Positions 51,868-63,922 are shown, numbered from the stretch's first letter. The stretch: DNA of 64,000 bases from an uncultured candidate division Zixibacteria bacterium (GCA_963702205.1 OY969724.1:1376001-1440000), one strand, 5' to 3'. The notes: generated by a model from the sequence alone, not told the origin. A program made the numbers and translations.

Positions 51868-54045
51868 ATGAAATTTATTCTCGATAATCTAAACCCGGCC
51901 CAAAATGAGGCGGTTACCACGACCGACGGCCCTCTTCTGGTTATTGCCGGGGCCGGATCGGGCAAGACCCGCGTTCTGACCTCGCGGGTAGCCTATATTT
52001 TGTTCAAGCGGCTGGCCCGGCCGGGCGAAATTCTGGCCGTAACTTTTACCAATAAGGCCGCCCGGGAGATGAAAGAGCGGATCGTCAAAATGCTCGGGTC
52101 GACCATACAATCCCTGACGGTGGCGACCTTTCACTCCTTCTGCGCCCGAGTTTTGCGCTATGAAGCCGAAGTCATCGGGTATCCCTCGAATTTCACCATC
52201 TTCGACGAAGAAGACGCCAGAGCCCTGATAAAAAACTGTCTGGATACGCTGAATATTTCAGCCAGCCAGTTTACACCGACCTCGCTCAAAGCCAAGATTT
52301 CGGCCGCCAAGAATCGTATGGAGGACGCCGAAACATTTGCCTCGCGAGCGTCGGGCTATTTCGAGAAACGTACCGCCGAAGTCTATACCATGTACGAAAA
52401 ACGTCTGCGCGAGTGCGGCGCGATGGATTTCGACGACCTGATTTATCGCGCCGTGCAGCTATTGTCGAACCACGATGACGTGCGCTCTAAATATCAAAGC
52501 CGCTATAAATATATTCTGGTAGATGAGTACCAGGATACCAACCACAGTCAGTATAATCTGCTGAAGCTGATAACCGGAGCGCACAAGAACATCTGCGTGG
52601 TAGGCGATGAAGACCAGTCGATTTACGGGTGGCGCGGGGCGGATATCACCAACATTTTGAATTTCGAGAAAGATTTCCCCGGTGCCAAAGTCATCAAGCT
52701 CGAACAGAACTATCGTTCGACCGATATAATTCTGGAAGCCGCATCGGTGGTGATCGCCAACAATCTCTCCCGCAAAGGCAAGACGCTCTGGACCGAGACC
52801 AAAAGCGAGGACAAGCTGAAGCTTTTCCTGACCGATTCGGCGTCGCACGAAGCCGGGGCCGTGGTCGAGGACATAGAAGACAACCTGACACGGACGCCGC
52901 TCAAAGAAGCGGTCATATTGTATCGTACCAACGCCCAGTCGCGGGCCTTCGAAGAAATCCTCCGACGCAAAAATATGCCGTACCAGATAATCGGTGGAAT
53001 CTCGTTTTATCAGCGCAAGGAAATCAAAGACCTGCTGGCCTATCTGAAATTGATTGCCAATATCCACGATGACGTTTCCTACCAGCGAATCATCAACTAC
53101 CCCAAGCGCGGGATTGGCGATGCCTCGGTCGACAAAGTGCGGGCCTTCGCTGCGGAGAAAAATATATCGATGTACGAAGCAAGTCTGATAATAGAACAGT
53201 GTCCGGACCTCGGGAGCCGTCCGCAGCGTCTGATAGCCCAGTTTATGGAGCTGATCGAGCCCTTTCAGGCTCAGAAGGCGGAAAGCAATATCGCCGATTT
53301 AACCCAGGAGCTGGTCGATAAAATCCGCCTGCAGGAGCACCTCCTCGACGAAGACCCGACCCTGGGTTCCAACCGGGTCGAGAATATCGAGGAATTCATT
53401 TCCGGGGCGCGCGAGTTCAGCGAATCATACGCCGAACCGACGCTCGATAATTTCCTGGCAGAGATTTCGCTCTATACCGATATCGAGCAGTACAATGAAA
53501 TCGATGACAAAGTAACTTTGATGACCCTGCATTCGGCCAAAGGGCTGGAATTCGAAGCAGTATACATGGTGGGCCTTGAAGAAGGCCTGTTTCCTCTGGC
53601 GCGGGCGATTCAGGAACCGATGGAACTGGAAGAAGAGCGGCGGCTGTTTTATGTCGGCGCGACCCGGGCCAAGCGGTATCTGAACCTGTCTATGGCTGCG
53701 CACCGTAATCGCTTTGGCAGCATGGATTGTATCCCGTCCCGTTTTCTCAACGAACTTCCGCCGTCTCTCGTGGAAAAGGCCGACCTGCGAAGTTTCTACA
53801 GCCGGGACCGTTACCAGGAAAGTCGTCCCGAACCGGTCAAAAACTATCCCGATGAGCCATACTACGAATACGAAGACAGCGAGGCTCTCCGGGTGGGGCG
53901 GATTGTCCAGCACAAGACTTTCGGGCGCGGCAAGGTTCTGAAAGTCGAGGGAGCCGGGGATTCGATGGCGCTGGAAATCATGTTTACCGGGATAGGTGTC
54001 AAAAAAGTCCTCGCCAAATATGCCCGACTGACAGTAATTGGCTAA
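51868..54045 (+). CDS. pcrA: UvrD/PcrA DNA helicase
   Basis: AGAGSGKT, TFTNKAA, DEYQD, LEQNYRS, HSAKGLEF, C-terminal Tudor domain. Confidence 0.95.
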   Translation: MKFILDNLNPAQNEAVTTTDGPLLVIAGAGSGKTRVLTSRVAYILFKRLARPGEILAVTFTNKAAREMKERIVKMLGSTIQSLTVATFHSFCARVLRYEAEVIGYPSNFTIFDEEDARALIKNCLDTLNISASQFTPTSLKAKISAAKNRMEDAETFASRASGYFEKRTAEVYTMYEKRLRECGAMDFDDLIYRAVQLLSNHDDVRSKYQSRYKYILVDEYQDTNHSQYNLLKLITGAHKNICVVGDEDQSIYGWRGADITNILNFEKDFPGAKVIKLEQNYRSTDIILEAASVVIANNLSRKGKTLWTETKSEDKLKLFLTDSASHEAGAVVEDIEDNLTRTPLKEAVILYRTNAQSRAFEEILRRKNMPYQIIGGISFYQRKEIKDLLAYLKLIANIHDDVSYQRIINYPKRGIGDASVDKVRAFAAEKNISMYEASLIIEQCPDLGSRPQRLIAQFMELIEPFQAQKAESNIADLTQELVDKIRLQEHLLDEDPTLGSNRVENIEEFISGAREFSESYAEPTLDNFLAEISLYTDIEQYNEIDDKVTLMTLHSAKGLEFEAVYMVGLEEGLFPLARAIQEPMELEEERRLFYVGATRAKRYLNLSMAAHRNRFGSMDCIPSRFLNELPPSLVEKADLRSFYSRDRYQESRPEPVKNYPDEPYYEYEDSEALRVGRIVQHKTFGRGKVLKVEGAGDSMALEIMFTGIGVKKVLAKYARLTVIG

Positions 54046-54093
54046 GTTATCATATTGTGCGGCAGCGCATTAAATTCTACAATGTATCGATCT

Positions 54094-54120
54094 TAATGTT
54101 ATTCGGTTACCGTCCGATAT
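54094..54120 (+). promoter_or_regulatory. sigma28-type promoter for the HDOD gene
   Basis: TAAT-N15-TCCGATAT. Confidence 0.45.
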
Positions 54121-54151
54121 TAATCCTATACATCATTATTAAGGAGTTAAT

Positions 54152-55144
54152 ATGACAGCCCTAAGTCCCCAGGATATAATATCAGCTATACGTGAAATCG
54201 GAACGTTGCCTCAGACTCTTACTTCGGTCCTTCAGGTTGTCGATAACCCCGAATCCGGCGCTTCGGAGATTGCTGAGGTTATCAGCAAAGATGCCTCGCT
54301 GACTTCGCGCGTCTTGAAAATGGTCAATTCCGTGCAGTACGGCCGCACCCGCCACGTCTCCAAGGTGTCCGAGGCCGTCACGGTTATGGGCGTGAACAGC
54401 ATTAAGGTCCTGGCTTTGTCAAGTTCGCTGTTCAATATAAAACCCGATGATGAGCTTTTCGACCAGTTGAATATCAAGCGGATGTGGCGGCACTATATTG
54501 AAACTGCTTCGACCGCCCGCAATATCGCCGAGGAAATCGGGTATCGCGAACCGGAAGAGGCTTTTGTCGCCGGAATTCTGCACGACGCCGGCACCATCAT
54601 GATGATTTTGTACTTTAAAGAAGAATATATGGCGGTCGTGAACTTGCTTAAAGAGCAGAAACTGGGCATAATTCCGATCGAAGAAAAGTTATTCGGGTTC
54701 AATCATTGTCAGGTAGGTCAGGCTCTGGCCAAAAACTGGAAGCTGCCGGAACGAGTAACGTTCGCAATATTGAACCACCATAATCCCGATCCTCCCGATA
54801 TTATCCCCGAAGACACGATTTTGAATAACATCGTCGCGCTGGCCGACCGCATCGCCATGGCGCCGATCGATGGTTATCATCCGAGCATCGAGAACGATAT
54901 CAAATTCATCCGGGCGACGTCGAAAAAATTAAATCTTCCCGCCGAAGCGGCCAACCGCATTCGCAAGACATCGCTGCTGCAGTCGATCATCATGTGTGAA
55001 TTTTTGGAACTGGATATCGGCGACATGATGGAAGTAGTCACGGAAGCCAACAACCGTCTGGCCGAGATGTATTTTTCTCTGGAGCAGATTATTGTCGAAC
55101 GCGACGTGCTGTCGCATGAACCAGAAAATTCCTCCGTCAAGTAA
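54152..55144 (+). CDS. HDOD domain protein
   Basis: LP, D.SLT.RVLKMVNS, AGILHDAG, H..VG..LA.NW.LP. Confidence 0.9.
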   Translation: MTALSPQDIISAIREIGTLPQTLTSVLQVVDNPESGASEIAEVISKDASLTSRVLKMVNSVQYGRTRHVSKVSEAVTVMGVNSIKVLALSSSLFNIKPDDELFDQLNIKRMWRHYIETASTARNIAEEIGYREPEEAFVAGILHDAGTIMMILYFKEEYMAVVNLLKEQKLGIIPIEEKLFGFNHCQVGQALAKNWKLPERVTFAILNHHNPDPPDIIPEDTILNNIVALADRIAMAPIDGYHPSIENDIKFIRATSKKLNLPAEAANRIRKTSLLQSIIMCEFLELDIGDMMEVVTEANNRLAEMYFSLEQIIVERDVLSHEPENSSVK

Positions 55145-55167
55145 GAGCCTTTACTGGTGCGGTCTAT

Positions 55168-55197
55168 GAAGCGGTCCTTCGGGGCCGCTTTTTTTTG
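55168..55197 (+). terminator. Rho-independent terminator
   Basis: AAGCGGTCC-TTCG-GGGCCGCTT + T-run. Confidence 0.8.
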
Positions 55198-55276
55198 CTC
55201 AATCGGGCAAAAAGATATACTTTCCGCCGCGAAATTGGTTAAATTATAGGCCGGAACCTATAAAAAAGGGATATTT

Positions 55277-57661
55277 GTGAAAGTCGAATACAGTGAAGAA
55301 AAAATAGAGATAAAGGCGCGGCTGCCGATACTGCCGCTTAGAGATATAGTCATCTTCCCGCACATGATTTATCCCCTGCTGGTCGGGCGCCAGTTTACTA
55401 TCTCCGCCCTGCAGGAAGCGATGCTTAAAGAAAAGCAGATGTTCCTCTGCTCCCAGAAGACGCCGGAAATCGACGAACCAAACCAAAAAGACTTGTATAA
55501 TGTCGGAGTGATTGCGCGGATTTTGCAGATTGTCAAGCTGCCCAATGGTACTATAAAGGTTCTTGTCGAGGGGCTCGTGCGGGCCAAAATGCTCAGCTTC
55601 CGGAAGGCCAGCGGGTTCTATGCGGCCAGATTGCGGGTGATTCCCCCCGACGGCGCCAAAGATAAAGAGACAATCGCCATTTCGAGATCGGTCATGGAGC
55701 AATTTTCGGAATATGTCCGGCTCAATCATCGGATCCCCGAAGAAGTTCTGTATTCCATATCGTCCATCGGGGATTATCAGCGCATGGCTGACACGATTGC
55801 CGCACACCTTCTTATTCGCATGAAGACCAAACAAAATATTCTCGAAATCGATATGGTCAAAAAACAGTTTCTGTACCTGTCTGATATTCTAAAAGAAGAG
55901 CTGGAGATTCTCCAGCTGGAACAAAAAATCGACGGTAACGTACGCGAATCGATGTCCAAGAGCCAGCGCGAGTTTTACCTCCAGCAGCAGCTTAAGGCCA
56001 TTAAAGAAGAACTGGGGCAGTTCGATGAAGCCTATGGCGAGATAGAAACCTTGAACACAAAGCTGGAAAAAATGAAAGCCCCGGTCGAAGTGAAAGACCG
56101 CTGCCGCGAAGAAATAGAAAAACTATCCCGCATGCACGCCTATTCGGCCGAAGCGGCTGTCGCGAGGGGATATGTCGACTGGTTGCTGGGACTGCCGTGG
56201 CGAACTTACACGAAAGACCGCTCGGCTTTCGGTGCCGTGAAATCCATCCTCGACGGCGACCATTATGGGCTGGAAAAACCGAAGAAGCGCATCCTCGAAC
56301 ATCTGGCTGTGATGCGTCTGGCCGGTGAAGTCAAAGGGCCTATATTGTGTCTGGTCGGTCCTCCCGGCGTGGGCAAAACGTCGCTGGGACGATCAATTGC
56401 GCGAGCGCTGAACCGTAAGTTCGTCCGGATGTCGCTGGGCGGCATTCACGATGAAGCTGAAATACGCGGCCACAGGAGAACCTATATAGGTTCACTTCCG
56501 GGACGAATCATACAGTCGATAAAAAAAGCCGGCTCATCCAATCCCGTTTTTCTCCTCGATGAAGTCGATAAAGTCGGTAAAGATTTTCGCGGCGATCCGG
56601 CCTCGGCCCTGCTTGAAGTGCTCGATCCGGAACAGAACAAGACCTTTTCCGATAATTATCTTGAACTGGACTACGATCTTTCGCGGGTGCTGTTTATTAC
56701 GACGGCCAATTCGACAGTCGGTATACCGCCCGCGTTACTGGACCGTATGGAGATAATCCGTCTGCCCGGCTACCTGGAACATGAGAAGGAACATATTATT
56801 CGCGGCTATGTCCTGCCCAAACTGAAAAAAGAACTGGGCATGGTCGAAATCGGTCTGGATTTCAACGACAAAGCCCTGTTGGATATAATTCGAAATTATA
56901 CTCGTGAGTCGGGAGTCCGTCAGGCGGAACGTCAACTGGCCTCGGTACTTCGCAAGACCGCCCAGGAGATAGTCGAGAAAAAGCGTCGACGTAAATTCAA
57001 ATTTACGCCGACCAGGATAGCCGAACTTCTGGGTGCACCACCGTACGTCCATACCGACATCAACACCCACCCGGAGCCGGGTTATGCCATAGGGCTGGCG
57101 TGGACCGAAGCGGGCGGCGAAGTGCTTCCGATCGAAGTCAGTCTCATGAGCGGAGAATCGAAATTGACGATCACCGGCAAAATCGGTGAAGTCATGCAGG
57201 AATCGGCCTCGGCCGGACTGACCTATATCCGCAGCCACGCCGCGAAACTGGGGCTAGATCCCGATTTCTTCAAGAAACACGAAATACACGTGCACGTCCC
57301 GGAAGGCGCGGTGCCCAAAGATGGGCCATCGGCCGGGATTACGATACTGGTTGCTATTTTATCGGCACTGAAAAATCAGGCCATCAAGCCCAATCTAGCC
57401 ATGACGGGTGAAGTGACTCTCAGCGGCGATATCCTGGCGGTCGGCGGTTTGAACGAAAAACTGCTGGCGGCGAAGCGGCTCGGGATAACCGATATTATCA
57501 TGCCGTTCAAGAACAAGAAGGACATGCCGGAGTTGCCGAAGGAACTTACCGAGGGGATGAATATCGTGCTGATCAAAAAAGCCGAGGAAGCCATAAAAAT
57601 AGCCTTCGAACAGAAAACTCCGGCCAAAAAAACCAGAGCAAAAAAGTCAGCAAAAAAGTAA
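55277..57661 (+). CDS. lon: Lon protease
   Basis: LPILPLRD, GPPGVGKTS, PKDGPSAG. Confidence 0.97.
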   Translation: MKVEYSEEKIEIKARLPILPLRDIVIFPHMIYPLLVGRQFTISALQEAMLKEKQMFLCSQKTPEIDEPNQKDLYNVGVIARILQIVKLPNGTIKVLVEGLVRAKMLSFRKASGFYAARLRVIPPDGAKDKETIAISRSVMEQFSEYVRLNHRIPEEVLYSISSIGDYQRMADTIAAHLLIRMKTKQNILEIDMVKKQFLYLSDILKEELEILQLEQKIDGNVRESMSKSQREFYLQQQLKAIKEELGQFDEAYGEIETLNTKLEKMKAPVEVKDRCREEIEKLSRMHAYSAEAAVARGYVDWLLGLPWRTYTKDRSAFGAVKSILDGDHYGLEKPKKRILEHLAVMRLAGEVKGPILCLVGPPGVGKTSLGRSIARALNRKFVRMSLGGIHDEAEIRGHRRTYIGSLPGRIIQSIKKAGSSNPVFLLDEVDKVGKDFRGDPASALLEVLDPEQNKTFSDNYLELDYDLSRVLFITTANSTVGIPPALLDRMEIIRLPGYLEHEKEHIIRGYVLPKLKKELGMVEIGLDFNDKALLDIIRNYTRESGVRQAERQLASVLRKTAQEIVEKKRRRKFKFTPTRIAELLGAPPYVHTDINTHPEPGYAIGLAWTEAGGEVLPIEVSLMSGESKLTITGKIGEVMQESASAGLTYIRSHAAKLGLDPDFFKKHEIHVHVPEGAVPKDGPSAGITILVAILSALKNQAIKPNLAMTGEVTLSGDILAVGGLNEKLLAAKRLGITDIIMPFKNKKDMPELPKELTEGMNIVLIKKAEEAIKIAFEQKTPAKKTRAKKSAKK

Positions 57662-57728
57662 AAAAAACATTTTCATTTTAGACCATAAAAGACTATACTA
57701 ACCCGGCTTTAAAGACAATAAGGACGCA

Positions 57729-58322
57729 ATGCCCAAGAACGTTGTATTTTTCGGTTCCTACAACGACGTCAAAAAAATTCCCGTAGATTCCCGACCTCAA
57801 ATTGCATTCGCCGGACGCTCTAATGTCGGCAAGTCGTCATTGCTTAACAGGATAACCGGTCAGAAGAAACTCGCGAAAACCTCCAAGACTCCCGGACGAA
57901 CCCGCAATATCGACTTTTTTCTGGCGGACGATCGATATTTCCTGGTCGATCTGCCAGGTTACGGGTATGTCAAGGCCGGTTTGGCGGCGCGCAAAAAGTG
58001 GGGCCAGTTGGTGGAAAACTTTTTGAACCTGGCCTCTTTGTCAGGGATGGTGATGCTTCTGGACTGCCGGAGGGACCCCACCGACGATGACCTGATGATG
58101 TTTGAATGGTTGGATTCGCGCGAAATCAATTATATCATCGCGCTGACCAAAGCGGACAAACTGAGCCGAAATCAACTTAAAAGCAAACAGATGCAAATTT
58201 CTTCCGCCTTTAATTGCGAAGTGTTTCCGTTTTCCGTTATGTCGGGTCTCGGAAGAAAGGAACTGGTCGGGTGGATAGAGGGCATTGCAAAACCAATGGT
58301 TCGTAACAATCCGGGATTTTAA
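57729..58322 (+). CDS. engB: GTPase EngB/YihA/YsxC
   Basis: GRSNVGKSS, DLPGYG, TKADK. Confidence 0.95.
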   Translation: MPKNVVFFGSYNDVKKIPVDSRPQIAFAGRSNVGKSSLLNRITGQKKLAKTSKTPGRTRNIDFFLADDRYFLVDLPGYGYVKAGLAARKKWGQLVENFLNLASLSGMVMLLDCRRDPTDDDLMMFEWLDSREINYIIALTKADKLSRNQLKSKQMQISSAFNCEVFPFSVMSGLGRKELVGWIEGIAKPMVRNNPGF

Positions 58323-58343
58323 TTGAGTTGTTTTGTGGAAAAA

Positions 58344-58443
58344 GCATGTCTCGTTCCGAGTGACGCGCTGCGTCGCAAGAAACCCGACGAAAAATTGTCG
58401 GCTTTCTACGTCCCGTATAGCGGAACTCCGGAAGCCGACCTGC
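58344..58443. repeat. Degenerate REP doublet of the GTAGGTCGGGTT family
   Basis: GTTCCGAGTG..AGAAACCCGAC..TGTCGGCTTTCT..GGAAGCCGACCTGC, like 7778-7876. Confidence 0.7.
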
Positions 58444-58492
58444 ATTGCTTTGAAACCTCGGATCCGTTATGGACCGGATATGGGATTTGTGT

Positions 58493-59767
58493 ATGAAAAA
58501 GAACGTTATCGTAGTCGGCTGCCAATGGGGGGATGAAGGCAAGGGCAAGGTCGTGGACCTTCTGGCCGAACGGGCCGATATAATCGCCCGCTTTCAGGGC
58601 GGCGCCAACGCCGGACACACGGTCCTGACGGGCGGCAAGCAGTTCATCCTGCATTTAATACCGTCGGGTGTTATTCACGAAGGAAAAATCTGCTATATCG
58701 GCAATGGTGTCGTGCTCGATCCTTTCGGTTTTCTGGAAGAAATCGAAGTGTTGAAACAGCAGAATATTAACGTCAAGGGACGGCTTTTTATTTCCTCGGC
58801 GGCCAACCTGGTTATGCCGTACCATAAGATGATCGACCAGATCGAAGAAAGAAAACGGGGCGGCGAAGGTATCGGCACGACGCTGCGCGGCATCGGTCCG
58901 GCCTATCGGGACAAAATCGGGAGAGTCGGCATTCGTCTGGCCGACCTCTATGCACCGGAGCGCCTCAAAGAAAAGTTGGAGCACAACCGCAAAATTAAAT
59001 CGGAGTATTTCACCGGCAGCGACGATGAACGCGCCGACGTGGAAAAGATATTCAGCGACCTGATGGGGATCGCACCGCTGTTCGAACCGATGATGTGCAA
59101 TGTCTCGCTGGAACTGTACCGCCTCGATAAAGAAGGGAAATCGATTTTGTTCGAGGGGGCGCAGGGTGCCCTTCTGGATATCGACCTCGGGACATACCCC
59201 TTCACGACCTCATCCAACACGACCACCGGCGGTGCCTTGACCGGGCTGGGGATCGGACCGAAAATGATCGACGAGGTGATTGGCGTTGTCAAGGCATACA
59301 CTACTCGCGTGGGTTCGGGACCGTTCCCGACCGAGCTGGTTAATCAAACCGGCGAACAGCTTCGGGAGGCCGGGGGAGAGTACGGGGCCACGACCGGGCG
59401 CCCGCGCCGCACCGGCTGGCTGGACCTGGTGGCGCTGCGTCATGCCTGCCGCATAAATGGTGTCGATAAGATAGCCGTGACCAAACTCGACGTGCTCGAC
59501 GGGTTCGAGAAAATAAAGATTTGCACGTCGTACAATATCGATGGACGTTCCTACGAGCAGTTTCCGCTCGATCCGCATCAACTGTGGAATGTCACGCCGG
59601 AATATAAAGAATTCGACGGCTGGATGAGCAATACGTCCGGGATCGACAGCTTTGATAAATTGCCCGACAAGGCTAAAAAATACCTCGAATTTATCAAGAC
59701 CGATCTCGACGTGGGCATTTGTCTGGTTTCTACCGGGGCGAGGCGACGCCAGACCATTGTCGTCTGA
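58493..59767 (+). CDS. purA: Adenylosuccinate synthetase
   Basis: QWGDEGKGK, GGANAGHT, EGAQG, GATTGRPRR. Confidence 0.98.
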   Translation: MKKNVIVVGCQWGDEGKGKVVDLLAERADIIARFQGGANAGHTVLTGGKQFILHLIPSGVIHEGKICYIGNGVVLDPFGFLEEIEVLKQQNINVKGRLFISSAANLVMPYHKMIDQIEERKRGGEGIGTTLRGIGPAYRDKIGRVGIRLADLYAPERLKEKLEHNRKIKSEYFTGSDDERADVEKIFSDLMGIAPLFEPMMCNVSLELYRLDKEGKSILFEGAQGALLDIDLGTYPFTTSSNTTTGGALTGLGIGPKMIDEVIGVVKAYTTRVGSGPFPTELVNQTGEQLREAGGEYGATTGRPRRTGWLDLVALRHACRINGVDKIAVTKLDVLDGFEKIKICTSYNIDGRSYEQFPLDPHQLWNVTPEYKEFDGWMSNTSGIDSFDKLPDKAKKYLEFIKTDLDVGICLVSTGARRRQTIVV

Positions 59768-60011
59768 TAGCAGATAAATAAGGGCCGCCAAGTTATCTTC
59801 GCGGCCCATTTTCGTTGATACGTACGATTCCGCGCATTCGGGCCATAATCATAACATGTTGTAAGACAGTGACTTATTAGTTTTTACGTCATTCGGTTCG
59901 TAAATTCATACGAATCGTAATCCGACCGGATTTTGCCAGAATAAAAAACCATTCGCATATTATTATGTCCGGCAACGACTTATTGCGCACTGACGGAGAA
60001 CAATTTCAGAA

Positions 60012-60027
60012 TGGCATTGTGGTTGCT
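60012..60027 (+). promoter_or_regulatory. sigma54 -24/-12 promoter
   Basis: TGGCAT-TGTGG-TTGCT; upstream dyads TTCGTW-N6-TACGAW at 59811 and 59897. Confidence 0.7.
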
Positions 60028-60037
60028 TAAATATGGA

Positions 60038-60172
60038 GCAGTTGGTGGCAAGCCAATCTTCAGCTTTTTTGGTGGTAGGGCTGTTGAGTTGTCATTAGTT
60101 CCTCGGGTTGCCAGCTTCTTTTCTCGAGGCACGGAGGCTTCACCTAAGAGGGGAAGGTGAAGCCTCCATCTT
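60038..60172 (+). ncRNA. Candidate sigma54-dependent small RNA
   Basis: Promoter, no ORF downstream of the predicted start, ends in the GGAGGCTTCACC/GGTGAAGCCTCC hairpin + T-rich tail. Confidence 0.5.
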
Positions 60173-60243
60173 TATTTACGTCATTATTTTGTGGTCTGTG
60201 CAAAAGAGATTTGGTATAATTTTGATGGGACGGGGTATATTCA

Positions 60244-60993
60244 ATGAATAGGAGCGCAGTGAGAGATATTAAGAATAAAATTGTCGTTATCACCGGCGCC
60301 AGCCGTGGTATCGGCGCGGCCATTGCGAATCATTTCGCCTGCGAGAAATGCCGGTTGCTGCTTACCGGCCGAAATAAGACTCGCCTAAAAGCCGTCGCGG
60401 ACGGCCTCGGTCTGAAAAAAGAAAACTGCGCGATTATTACCGGCGATCTTACAAAAAAGGTGCAGATGAAAAAAATTATCGACGCCGCCATTAAGAAATT
60501 CGGGCGGATAGATATATTCATCAACAATGCCGGGGTTGGAATTGGCAAGCCGATAGTCGAGACCACCGAGCGTGAATTTGACACAATATTCGACACCAAC
60601 CTGAAAGCCGTCTATTTTTCGTTTTTGTATCTTCTGCCCCTTTTTGAAAAACAGCAGGGCGGACAGATAATAAATATTTCTTCCGGAGCCGGAAGATTCG
60701 GCCAGCCCAATATCGCCGCCTATTCGGCCTCAAAAGCGGCCCTTAATGCTCTTAGCGAAGCGGTCGCCGGTGAAGTCCGGCACAGGAATATCAAAATATC
60801 GGTATTATCTCCGGCTTCGACGGATACCGCTTTTATGGCGAATATGTCCAAAAAGTCAAAATCGCCATCTATTGCGAAAATGAAGCTGACGGTGGATGAA
60901 GTGGCCGAAGCGGTCGTTTTTCTCGCGAAGCAAAACCGTAATGCCTGGACGTCTATGGCCGACATTCGCCCGCTGCTGATCCACAGAAAATAG
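60244..60993 (+). CDS. Short-chain dehydrogenase/reductase
   Basis: TGASRGIG, NNAG, YSASK. Confidence 0.92.
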   Translation: MNRSAVRDIKNKIVVITGASRGIGAAIANHFACEKCRLLLTGRNKTRLKAVADGLGLKKENCAIITGDLTKKVQMKKIIDAAIKKFGRIDIFINNAGVGIGKPIVETTEREFDTIFDTNLKAVYFSFLYLLPLFEKQQGGQIINISSGAGRFGQPNIAAYSASKAALNALSEAVAGEVRHRNIKISVLSPASTDTAFMANMSKKSKSPSIAKMKLTVDEVAEAVVFLAKQNRNAWTSMADIRPLLIHRK

Positions 60994-61085
60994 GACTGAC
61001 ATTGCCATTGCTCCCAAATAAACTTTGGAGCAGCGGATACGTTTAAAATGAAGACTATAGAATGAGAAACTGACGGAGAATACAA

Positions 61086-61391
61086 ATGCCCGGATTATTG
61101 TGCTGGAGTTGCGGTCGCCCGACCGGTATCGAAGATAAAGTGATGCGTTCGGATCAGTGCGAATCGTGTCTCGCCGACCTGCGCTGCTGCCGGGGGTGCC
61201 GCCATTTCGACCCGATGGCTCGCTCGCAATGCCGCGAAAATATCGATACACCGATTCCCAATAAAGAAAAAGCCAACTTCTGCGATTTTTTCCAGCAGCG
61301 ACTGGCGGTGCAGTCACATCTCGGTCGAAGAACGAGCGCCGACTCCAAGGAAGAACGGCGCAAGAAATTTAACGATTTATTCGACGATTAA
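61086..61391 (+). CDS. Cys-rich (putative Zn-binding) conserved hypothetical protein
   Basis: CxxC..CxxC..DLRCCxxC.HFD..CRE..ANFCDFF; GGAG RBS. Confidence 0.75.
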   Translation: MPGLLCWSCGRPTGIEDKVMRSDQCESCLADLRCCRGCRHFDPMARSQCRENIDTPIPNKEKANFCDFFQQRLAVQSHLGRRTSADSKEERRKKFNDLFDD

Positions 61392-61436
61392 TACCGGTGA
61401 TCGGATGGTGATCACCGGCATCGTGACATTTCTCGA

Positions 61437-62372
61437 TTATTCAGGATGATCGGTGAACCATTCCACGGTCTTTTTCAGACCGGCTTTGAAATCCACCGTC
61501 GGATTATATTTTAAATCACTTTTGGCATAATCTATGTCGGCGTAAGAATGTCTGATATCTCCGGGACGCGGAGGATCGTAATCGGCGGTCGCGTCGACAC
61601 CGATGATTTCGCCCAGGAATTCCAGTAGTTCATTCAGAGTAAAGCGTGCTCCGCAGGCGATATTGTAAGCATGGCCGGGGGCATCGGTGGCCGTAGCCGC
61701 GAGCAGGTTGGCCTGCACGGCATTGGCGACGTACGTGAAATCGCGCGACTGCTCACCGTCACCGTACACAATCGGTTTTTTGCCCGTTTTCAACGCTTTG
61801 ATGAATTTCGGTATAACTGCGGAGTACTCCGAGTTGGGGTCCTGACGAGGACCGAATATATTGAAATACCGCAGCCCGACCGTCTCCAGCCCGTACAAAT
61901 TATAAAACACCCGGGCGTATTTTTCATTGGTCAGTTTGGAAACGGCGTACGGAGACAGCGGGTCCAAAGTCATGATCTCTTTTTTGGGCAGAGTGGGCGT
62001 ATCGCCGTACACGGAAGACGATGAAGCAAAGACAAAGCGTTTGACTTTGGCTTCCTTGGCAGCTTCCAGCAGATTTAGGGTACCGTCAACGTTAACCGCG
62101 TTTGAAGTCAGAGGGTTTTTGACCGAGCGGGGCACCGACGGCAACGCCGCCTGATGCAGGATATAATCAATGCCCTCGACCGCCTCGCGAACGGTCCAAA
62201 AATCACGGATGTCACCGTCGATCAGTTCAACGTCATTCTTTATCGATTCGAGATTGACAGTCCGTCCGGTCGAGAAATTGTCGATGATGCGGACTTTTTC
62301 GCCCCTTTTAGTCAGTTCCATGGCAATATTGCTTCCGATAAATCCGGCTCCGCCGGTAATAAGGTAGTTCAT
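61437..62372 (-). CDS. UDP-GlcNAc/Glc 4-epimerase (extended SDR, WbpP-like)
   Basis: GGAGFIGS, SSSSVYG, SPYAVSK, RYFNIFGPRQDP. Confidence 0.9.
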   Translation of the reverse strand: MNYLITGGAGFIGSNIAMELTKRGEKVRIIDNFSTGRTVNLESIKNDVELIDGDIRDFWTVREAVEGIDYILHQAALPSVPRSVKNPLTSNAVNVDGTLNLLEAAKEAKVKRFVFASSSSVYGDTPTLPKKEIMTLDPLSPYAVSKLTNEKYARVFYNLYGLETVGLRYFNIFGPRQDPNSEYSAVIPKFIKALKTGKKPIVYGDGEQSRDFTYVANAVQANLLAATATDAPGHAYNIACGARFTLNELLEFLGEIIGVDATADYDPPRPGDIRHSYADIDYAKSDLKYNPTVDFKAGLKKTVEWFTDHPE

Positions 62373-62608
62373 ATTCGTCTCCGTTTAAGTTATCCGTCAT
62401 ATATTGTATCGGCCGCGCCCGTTAAATTCATGATGAATAATCGGTTCCGATATTTCACAGGATAGATATATATCATTTGGTCCCGGGTCAAGAACTTAAA
62501 TACGCCCTAATTTACCGAAACCGAAGGCAAATCGGGTGTAAAAAAACGGCAGATTGTTTTTTTATTGAATTGGCCTCTGGGTCTCCATAGATTTGGCCCA
62601 AATAGTGA

Positions 62609-63922
<1,314 letters not shown>

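Noticed and set aside
60033..60098. 21-aa ORF after the sigma54 promoter
   Set aside because: The ATG lies upstream of the predicted start site (~60038) and has no RBS.
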